A DNA stretch of 64,000 nt, taken from positions 523,290-587,289 of the forward strand of contig MNCI01002538.1 in NCBI GenBank assembly GCA_015680685.1, written 5' to 3'. The DNA is from Gnetum montanum. Lineage: Eukaryota > Plantae > Gnetophyta. The position numbers were made by a program, and so were the translations under genes. The notes beneath the pieces were generated by a model. The model was not told the origin of the DNA. It searched no databases and saw only the letters and a program-made list of their open reading frames with translations. Positions 54,347-64,000 of the stretch are shown here, one piece after another (position 1 is the stretch's first letter; the number at the start of each line of letters is the position of its first letter).

Positions 54347-57300
54347 ATGGCCTCCTCCTCCTCTGTTGCTGCTCCTTCTCTTTGCCTTCTTCTCTGCTTG
54401 TGGTTTTTCTTTCTCTTTTTCTTCTTTGCTGCTACTATTGCAACTCATACCCATCATGATGGAGTTGTGAATGATATGAGAGCACTAATTCAATTTAAGA
54501 AATGCATCACCAACAATCAACTCTTTTCCACCATTGGGATGATCATGATGCCAACACATGCAATTGGACTAGAATTAGCTGCTCCCCCAAACATCAAGGC
54601 CGAGTTGTGGAGATTGTTCTAGAAAATGGCACTCTACATGGATCTCTCTCTCCCCACCTCTCCAACCTATCATTCCTGTAGGCACCTGACGTTTACAATA
54701 CAATAACTCTTTTTCTGGTACAATCCCACCATCCCTTGGTACATTGTAGAGGCTTAAACAATTGGATCTATGTTGCAATGAATTTGAAGGTGGGATTCCT
54801 TATCTGATAGGAAACCTTTCTTCATTGCAATTTCTTACTCTTTGTACCAATTCCTTGGTTGGTGACATTGGAGCATGTGTTACCCACTAATGCGCTTTAT
54901 GCATTAGTCAATGCATAAAAGTGTCTACCATGCCCACTAACACGTTTTATGGGTTAGCTATGCATGAAAGTGACCACCATACCCACTAACGCGTTTTTAT
55001 GAGTTGGTTAACACATCAAAGTGGTCTCCATCTGGTCACGTGTTTTTTATGCGTTGGCATTAGGTCTCTTATGGTAACTGATTTTGTGGCCCATAAATTT
55101 GTTCTTGATAAAAGAACAAAGCCACCATGAATCACAACAATATTGTAGTTTCGGTCCCTTTCACAAACACTTGAAGATTACATACACCATTGTTGCAGAG
55201 TGCCCATGTAAAAGAAGAATCAGAATGCCAAATTTAATCTAAGGGATCAATAGCTAGAGATTCATGCTATTTGCTCAAGAATTGTGTGTTTCCAATTATT
55301 TATGCATGTCAATTTCTTGTGCCATTGCCTTCTGCATTCCGTACTTTGATTAGTTGTGCCATCTAGTTTTCTGCACAATTATTTTCTTACATTTGGTATC
55401 AGAGCAACGTTTCGATTTTTGATGATGGTGCAATCAAGAAACAATGTTTTTTTTTAATATTTCTATGCTTTGTAGTTTGAGGAAGTTCACTCTCTTCTAG
55501 TTTTTGCCTGGTGAAACATATTTCACTCTCACATTTTGTTGCATTCTTGTGCATCGTAGAACTAGAAAATAGAAACCATTACTACTGTGGCAATGAGGAT
55601 ATTTTCTTTTGTTGTTTTAGAGAGCTAGTCTAGTTATGCTGTTTGCAATTTTTTTCTCATGCGACAGTATGCTATTTGCATCGTTGGCTTGCAATAGCTA
55701 TCATTATGTAAATGTTTTCAAAGGTTGAGCATGATTTGGTTTAACTTGAGCAGTCTTAAAGGTAATAGATGTTTATTCCCTTTGCTCATACCTAAATTTT
55801 GTGAATTATATATGCACTTTCTCCATTCTACCTTGTATATCTAGCATTCATCATTATTATTATGATTTCTAGTGTTTTTTCAGGTGGGCCAATGAATTAG
55901 TGTCATTCTATAGGGTTTTCTTTTGGTACTTTGGCCTCCACATGGGCATCTTGGGCTGGAATAATTGAATGAATTATATTTATACCATGTTGAATTTGGT
56001 AATTTATCAATTTTATGGATAATTTTGTATATGTATGTATCATTTTCTGCATATGAATTATAACAAGTGATCTATATAATTTTGTATAATTAGAGAGTAG
56101 TTGTAGCATCTTTAATTATGCAAAATTATGTACTAAGAGCCTTTGGATCACATATGATACACAACATTAAAAAATTGTGATTAATCATATGTAATATGAT
56201 AAAATTTGTCTCACAGGATTTTTAGTTATATTTAATATGATTAATTAGGATGATATATTAAATTATTTTTCTTAATATAGCCATAAGGATTAAGAAAAGA
56301 AATATAATTTAATAGTTTCATCGTAATGATATATGAATATGTTTGAATTAAAAGTTAGCCCATAGGCAATTTTATGTCATTTGATTCATATTTTTCATGA
56401 TTTACATTGGTAAACATGTCTTATGGTATTTTAACCTCAAATTTAGTGGCATAAGCATGTTTGATTATGTAGTTATACAATCTATAAGCTACTCTGATTT
56501 TAAATGTGACACTCGTGAATTTAAGGGTGATAATTATAAGGTGTGGAAGAAGAGAATTCTTCTTTAGGCTAGATGGACATTAATTATGCTATCTGTAAAG
56601 ATGAACCACCTGTTGTTACAGTAATCAGCTGTCGAGATGATATTGGTAATTATGAAAAATGGGAGCTATCTAATCGCCTCTACGTCATGTTCATAAAAAT
56701 CAAGATCTCAACTAGTATGTGTGGTTCACTGGAATAGTATGACAATGTGCATTCTTTGTTAAAGGCCATTGATGAACAATTTCAGTCATTAGACAAGATG
56801 TTGGCTAGCACCATGATAATGAAGTTCTCATCTATGAAGCTCATTGAAATTTGTGTTGTGCGAGATCACATCATGCAAATGAGGGATATAGCAGCTTAAC
56901 TCAAAACACTTGAGATTGAGATGTCAAGATCTTTCCTTGTGCACTACATCTTAAACATGCTCCCACCATAATACAGACCCTTTAATATTTCTTATAACAC
57001 ACATAAGGACAAATGGTCAATCAATGAACTAATGACCATGTGTGTGCAAGAAGAGAGGAGACTTGCTATGGAAGCGAAAGAGAGTGTGCATCTAGCTATA
57101 CAAGGAAAGAATAAAGGACAAGACAAAGGCAAGTGGAAGGTCAAATTGCTGCACAAGCTAATATTAAAAAAGAATCTAGAGGTTTTTTTTGCAAAAAGAA
57201 AGGGCATATAAAGAAGGATTATTCTAAATATTAGAAATGGCTTAAAAAGAAAGGTACTCAGGTCTCACTTGTTTATTTTGAATCTAATATGGTTGATGTT

Positions 57301-60300
57301 GGCTATGACACATGGTGGATTGATTTTGGTTCTACAATCCATGTTAGCAATTCCTTGCAGGGGTGAAAAACTTAAGGAAGCCAATGAGAAGTGAGTCATG
57401 CATCTATTCAAGCAAAAAGATGTGCTCACATGTGAAGGCAATGAGAACATGCATTTTAGTTCTAAGTAGTGACTTTGTTTTAGAATTGGAAAAGACATTT
57501 TATATTCCAAGTTTTTTAAGAAATTCAATTTTTGTTTCAAGGATTGTATCATTGGGATTTTCCTTTAATTTTTTAGACACTATATTCAATTTATATTATA
57601 GATCTGAACTTCTTGCAAATGGTACATTGACAGATGATCTTTTCAAAATTAATTTACAAAATGAAACTTCTTATACTTCTATGCATGTTCATGCTGGCAT
57701 TAAGAGATGTGTTATGAATGACAAATCCTCTATGTTGTGGCATCATAGATTGGGACATATCCCTATTAAAAGAATAAAGAAATTAGTAAATGATGGAGTA
57801 CTTAGTACTTTGGATTTTACTGACTTTAACACTTACGTGGATTGCATAAAGGGAAAGCAAACCAAAATGTCAAAGAAAGGTGCCAAGAGGAGTTCAAACA
57901 TATTAGAGATCATACATATAGATATTTGTAGTCCAGATATGGATGCATATGGTCAAAATTATTTAATTACCTTTATTGATGATTACTCATGATATATGTA
58001 TCTCTACTTGCTTCATAACAAGAGTGAAGCTTTAGATGCCTTTATGGTGTTTAAGGTTGAAGTAGAGAAAAAATGCAGTAAGCAAATAAAGATAGTGAGA
58101 TCTGATAGAGGTGGTGAATACTATGGTAGATATACTAATGATGGACAAGCACCTAGTCCATTTGCTAATTTTCTTCAAGGGCATGGGATTGTTGCCTAGT
58201 ACACTATGCTTGGTTCTCTAGACCAGAATGTTGTGGCAAAAAGAAGAAACTAAACATTATTGGACATGGTGTAGAGTATGCTTAGTCACTTCAAGCTTCC
58301 CAGGTCCTTGTGGACTAAAGCTCTTAGGATAGTGGTGTATATATTAAATCGAGTTCCAACCAAGGCTATCTTACAAACACCATTTGAATCATGGAAAGGT
58401 TGAAAATTGAGTTTGCGACATATATGCATTTGGGAATGCCCGTCTAAAGTAAGAGTCTATAATCCACAAGGAAAGAAGATAGATACAAGGACCATAAGTG
58501 GGTATTTTGTTGGATATGCTAAATGGTCCAAGGGATATAGATTTTATTGCCCATCACATACTACTAGGTTTGTGGAATCAAGGAATGCTAAATTTCTTGA
58601 GAATGACTTGATTAGTAGGAGTAGTAGATCTTGGAACATTGTTCCTGAGATAGATCATAGAGAGACTTAAGCCACTATTTCAAATGATAGATTGATTGTT
58701 ATGCACAATACACCTAGAGTACAAATAAGTACTAAACAACAACAAATCATTGAAGTTCCATAGACTATTGATCAAGAAGTAGTAGATCTAGCTAAATAAT
58801 AGATACCAGAACCTATTGAACAACTTGTTGAACATCATGATCCTCAAGAGAATGATGAATCAACATTAAGAAGATCTACTAGAGTAAGGCGATCAACAAT
58901 TCCTAGTGACTATATGGTGTATCTATAGGATTTTGACTACAACAATGGAGATGAAAATGATCTTGAAACATTTTCATAAGCCATGAGTTGTAAGCAATCT
59001 AACTTGTGATATGATGCCATGAAAGATGAAATGAACTCTATGTCATCTAATGGAGTCTAGGATCTTGTCAAGTTGCCTAATGGTGTAAAAGCCATTGGAT
59101 GAAAATGGGTCTTAAAGACTAAGAAAGACTCATTGTGAAACACTGAAAGATATAAGGCTAGACTTGTTGCAAAAGGGTTCACTCAGAAAGAGGGAATAGA
59201 TTACAAGGAGACCTTTTCTCTTATATCTAAGAATGACTCCCTTCGTGTTATCATGGCATTGGTTGGCCATTTTAATCTTGAATTACATAAAATGGATGTG
59301 AAAACAACATTTGTTAATGGTGATTTAGAGGAAGAGGTTTATATGAAAAAACCTAAAGGATTTTTCTCTAATGATGGTGAGCAATTGGTATGCAAGCTCA
59401 AGAAATTCATATATGAATTGAAATAGGACTCATGTCAATAGTACTTAAAATTCCATGATATAATCACTTCATTTGGTTTTAAATAAAACATCATGGATCA
59501 ATGTATATACCAAAAGGTCAGTGGGAGAAAAATCTATTTCCTTGTTCTATATGTGGATGATATCCTTCTTGCAACCAATAATAGTGGATTTCTATATGAG
59601 GTGAAACATTTTCTCTCTAATAATTTCAACATGAAGGATATGGGTGAGGCATCTTATGTCATTGGCATATAGATCCATAGGGATAGATTTAGATGTATTC
59701 TAGGATTGTCATAAGAAACCTATATCAATAAAGTTTTAGAGAGGTTTCAGATGAAAGATTGTTCACCAAGTATAGCACCCATTTTGAAGGGTGATAGGTT
59801 CAATTTGACTTGGTGTCTTAGGAATGATTTATAGAAAAGTTAGATGAGCAACATTCCATATGCTTTAACTGTTGGAAGCCTTATGTATGCTCAGGTCTAC
59901 ACAAGATCTAACATTGCATTTGTTGTGGAAATGTTGGACATATATCAAACTAATTCAGGTATTGACCATTGGAGGGCTACAAAGAAAGTAATGAGGTACC
60001 TTCAAGGTACAAAAGACTACATGCTTGTGTATAAATGAACTAACTTGGAGGTAATTAGCTACTCTAACTTAGATTTTGCTGGCTATGTTGATTCGTAGAA
60101 ATCAACATCTGGTTATGTTTTTATGCTAGGTGGAGAAGCTATATCCTGGAGGACTGGAAAGAAAACTTTGGTTGCTACTTCTACCATGGAGGCAAAGTTT
60201 GTTTCTTGTTTTGAGGCTACCTCACATGGTGTATGGCTAAAGAGTTTCATATCCGGGCTTAGAATTATGGATTCTATATCTAGGCCATTAAGAATGTTTT

Positions 60301-62380
60301 GTGACAATTTAGCTACTATCTTTATGACTAAGAATAATAAAAGTGGTATTTGAAGTAAATACATCGACATTAAGTACTTAGCCATATGGGACCCATTAAG
60401 GAAAACAAAGTGGTCATTGTGCATATAAGCACTAAATTAATGATAGCTAATCCTTTGACAAAAGGAATGCCACCAAAGTCATTTAAGGTTCATGTAGTTC
60501 TGATGGGACTTGGTTCCATAATGTAATTTGTTGTACGTACAACTGATAGTCTTAATGAAACACATACAGTTATTAAAGAAAATACACATATTGAAGACCT
60601 AGAATGAACATTTGGTTTATTCATAAAGTTAAGCTACCATATAAGGAATTACATTTGAAAGATTATGCATTGTAATACATGGAAGACAATACTCACATTA
60701 AGAGGAACTATCACAATGATTCATGCATTTATTTCTTGAACTCTAAATATAATTAAATATGAAGACCAGGTGGAAAATTGTAGACTAATGCACTTTATGC
60801 ATTAGTTAATGCATGAAAGTGACCACCATGCCCACTAACGTTTTTTATGGATTAGTTAATGCATGAAAGTGGCCACCATACACACTAATGCATTTTTATG
60901 GGTTAGGTAATGCATGAAAGTAGCCACGATACCCACTAACATGTTTTTATGAGTTGGTTAATGCATCAAGGTGGTCACCATATCCAGTAATGCATTTTTT
61001 ATAGGTTGACATTGGGTTTCTTATGGTAATCGATTCTGTGGCCTATAAATTCATTCTTGATGGGAGAACAAAGGCACCATGAATCACAGTTGGATTGTAG
61101 TTCTGGTCCTTTAAACAAATGCTTGAAGATTGCATACACCATTGTTGCAAAGTGCCCATGTAAAAGAAGAATCAGAATGCCAAATTTAATCTGAGGCATC
61201 AATGGCTGGAGGACAATTTCATTTGCTCAAGAATTATGCATTTATAGTTATTTATGCATGTGAATTTATTGTCTCATTTGCTTATGCATTCTATAATTTG
61301 ATTGCTTGTGCCATCTGGTTTTCTGCACAATTATTTTCTTACAAACATTCCTTAGTCTCTTTAAATATTAAAAAACCTTAACCTGTTTGATGTTTACCAA
61401 AATTAGTTGAATGGAAAAATCCCTTGGGGGCTAGGAGCACTCCACAAAATTGAATTCCTTGAGCTAGTTGAGAACAACATTCACAGTGTCATTCCTACTC
61501 AACTGGGTAACTTTTCTTTCTTGCAACATCTTAGTCTTCAAGACAATCATTTGAACGGTTTTATTTCTTGCTCACTTGCGAGGCTCTACTGTCTTGTTGA
61601 AGTTTTTCTTGGAAAAAGCAATGTGAGTGGAACCATTCCTCCCTATTTACGCAACCTCATGGCTCTTATAAAGCTAGAGTTATTTGCTAACAATTTGCAT
61701 GGTCATCTTCCTACCTAGTTGGGCAACTTTAACAAACTACCAGTTTTGTCTTTATTTAAAAACAAATTCACTGGCAACATCCCAAAGTCATGGCAAAATC
61801 TAACCCAACTCCAACTCCTTGACTTTTCCAACAACAGATTGTGGGGAACACCACCGTTGTAGTTGGAAAAACACTAGACTCAACTCATGATTCTCAGTCT
61901 TGGCTATAATTACCTCACTAGTGAAGTGAGCATGCCCGAGCAACCGATTCCAATCCTCCTAACTCTATCCAATTCTTCTCTTCTAACTTATCCATGTGTT
62001 TATGGTAACCTTTTAACAGGAATGTTACCATACAAATTTTGAAGCTCCTTGCCCAATCTTTAGTGTTTGTTTTTATTTGAAAATTTCATCTCTAGCAACA
62101 TCCCTCCTAGTGTAGGAAACTTTTCATCTCTTTCGAAGCTTGAACTGGGTGGTAATGCAATAAGTGGTACCATTCCTCCTCATATTGCAAATGTGAAGTC
62201 ACTGCAAAGAATTGCTCTTCAAAGAAATAAGCTAAAAGGCCACCTTCCCACTGAGATATCACTATTGAAAAACTCACTTGGCTATCTCTATCTCTCAAAT
62301 AATATGTTGTTTGATTCCATTCCCGTTGGCATTGGAAAACTAGTCAATCTGCTAGAGCAGCACCTTGGTAGGAATATGGG
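54347..62380 (+). pseudogene. LRR receptor (LRR-RLK XII / EFR-Xa21-like ectodomain) pseudogene in two pieces, 54347-54868 and 61349-~62380, split by a copia insertion; TM and cognate kinase not found
   Basis: It has a signal peptide, an LRRNT (ALIQFKKCI...CNWTRISCSPKHQGRVVEIVL) and many plant LRRs (LxxLxLxxNxLxGxIP). The LRR register NSLVG-[DI/NI]P is restored across the insertion. Multiple stops and frameshifts are present. Confidence 0.88.
54869..61343 (+). mobile_element. Full-length, mutationally dead Ty1/copia element (TAR-lineage-like); LTRs 54869-55391 and 60779-61343
   Basis: The LTRs are TG...CA with TSD GACAT/AACAT (1 mismatch), PBS TGGTATCAGAGC at 55394-55405 and a PPT near 60767-60778. 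Domain order is gag (KGDNYKVWK), protease (WWIDFGSTIH), GAG-pre-integrase (LWHHRLGH), integrase (VRSDRGGEYY), RT (LYVDDILL) and RNase H. Lineage is assigned from motif recall. Confidence 0.95.
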
Positions 62381-62541
62381 TAACATTGCACAATACAGGA
62401 GTTGACTCCCATAGACTCTTACCCACCCTTAGTAGCCAGTAGGTGCAGATGTTATCCAGTTACTCCACCCCATCCTCTCTCAAAATGCATTGGAAATATT
62501 TTTATTTTTGATAAAACCCCATCCATCCTCCCTCTAAAACC

Positions 62542-62742
62542 ATGTTATTCCACTACGATATTCAGCCGACCAACATTCTACTAGACAAGGACATGAATCC
62601 TTGCATTGCGGATTTTGGGCTAGCATAGATCACCATTGGTGTGGAGTCATCGTGGGTGACCACCCACCTCACCAGCATGCAAGGGTACCTGGTGCCCGAG
62701 TATGCTCTCTATGGGTAGTTCAACGACAAGAGAAACATTTAG
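62542..62742 (+). pseudogene. Isolated receptor-kinase fragment (subdomains VIb-IX), RKF3/At1g11050-like
   Basis: It translates FHYDIQPTNILLDKDMNPCIADFGLA*...QGYLVPEYALYG*FNDK. It is intronless, has internal stops and is flanked by non-coding sequence. Confidence 0.75.
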
Positions 62743-64000
62743 TCTTAATGCATTCTTCATTTGTGAATTTATAAATTTTTTATTGTTATAGTACATGATA
62801 ACAACATTTTTCAATCAATGTTAACAATACTATATTCCTTCTTTTGCCATTGTTAGCAGCTAGTAGGCAGTGATGGGTCCAAAAATATATAAATATATTT
62901 AACAATGGTAGGACCCAAAAATATATAAATATAATTAGTGAGTATGGTAGGATATGTATGCATTGCCAAGATTGCATTAATGAATGTGATGGTAACAAAA
63001 TGGGTTACACCTGTTAGCTATGGTTCTTTACTTACAAGAGCCTTCTGATGTTTTCAACATTTGTTAAACTAAAAACTAGGCACTCGTGTTGCTGAGGATA
63101 CAAACATATATATACACACATAGAATCGAAAGATTTCCATATGCATTTCCAAGTAGAGGTAAAGATTGTAGATGATCACTACTCCATGAGTAGGAATTGA
63201 TGCAAGAATAGAACCAACAACTCTAGGTCAGGGTGATGAACCTTGAGATGCAACTGCAACGACTTCATATGTCCATACCCATTACTTTAGGCTTCTTCTC
63301 ATACCAAGCAAGTACATTAGGGGGATTTCATCCTCAACCATCATCTCCTCATTCTTCTTACTAGGTGGCTTATATATATCATGGTCATGGTTAATTTCGT
63401 ACATTTTTATATCCTTCACATTTGTCTTGTCATGTGTTTCATCCCTATTTCAAGTTTTTGGGTGTTAAAAACTATGGAACTAGCTTTACTTAGTTATGGG
63501 GGGATGATGACTCATTTAGGGATATTTTGAAGTCAATTGTAAGCCCTAGACTTAGGAAGTATCATGTGTACCCTATGTTTGTATTTCTAGTATGTTTGAT
63601 TAAGGTTTTTATCTCTTGGGCTTGCAACCTTATAACTGATATCATCTTTCTATGTGGTATGCATGTCTTGAGCCTCTTTGGATATTTTTAACCTTGTTTA
63701 GGCTTTTGAAACTCCTTGGGACATGTCCCCTTGGTTTTAACTTTTCCCAAGTTTGTTCATTGGATGTAAGGGTTGTTGGGGGTGCATTGAACCTAGGGCA
63801 TAAGTGCATCCCCTATATCAGTGTAGGGGTATTGATGCATCCCCTATGTCAGCACTAGTGTGCCAACACCTCAATGCAATCCTTCATCATTGAGCTTCAC
63901 CTAAATTATGATCAAGAATTACTAGGTTGTTTGATAGACCTTGATTAACACCTAAGTGTTAATAAACTTGAACCATTTCATTGTGAAACTATAAATACTT

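Noticed and set aside
54123-54470. 115-aa ORF overlapping the LRR gene start
   Set aside because: It is promoter/5' UTR plus the out-of-frame signal-peptide region, and its hydrophobic tail comes from CT-rich sequence.
1-64000. Assignment of the host to a specific taxon such as a gnetophyte or conifer
   Set aside because: Low GC, strong deamination and TE types are suggestive only. A database search of the CRK CDS is needed.

Overview
AT-rich, TE-dominated plant nuclear DNA from a draft scaffold, with N-gaps at 4164-4439 and 50426-50980 and a single N at 4847. The host is probably a large-genome, heavily methylated seed plant, possibly a gymnosperm, but this is not provable from the window. 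There is one apparently intact gene: a 7-exon cysteine-rich receptor-like kinase (2x DUF26, TM, kinase; 10206-12941, 666 aa) with an unusual HQD catalytic loop. A second receptor gene, LRR-XII-like, is a pseudogene (54347-~62380). It is split by a full-length Ty1/copia element (54869-61343) and followed by a kinase fragment that looks like a different family. The rest is nested, mostly decayed TEs: four LTRs of one Athila-like family of different ages, Tekay- and CRM-like chromoviruses, three L1-type LINE remnants, an RTE LINE nested in a Gypsy RNase H, a Helitron-like element with an atypical Pif1 helicase, and a ~430 bp foldback. I cannot establish a genuinely new biological system. The best leads are the non-canonical Pif1/Helitron, the non-RD CRK, the Athila LTR flanked by both PBS and PPT, and the foreign kinase fragment. 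All alignments and translations were done by eye, and TE boundaries marked ~ are approximate.
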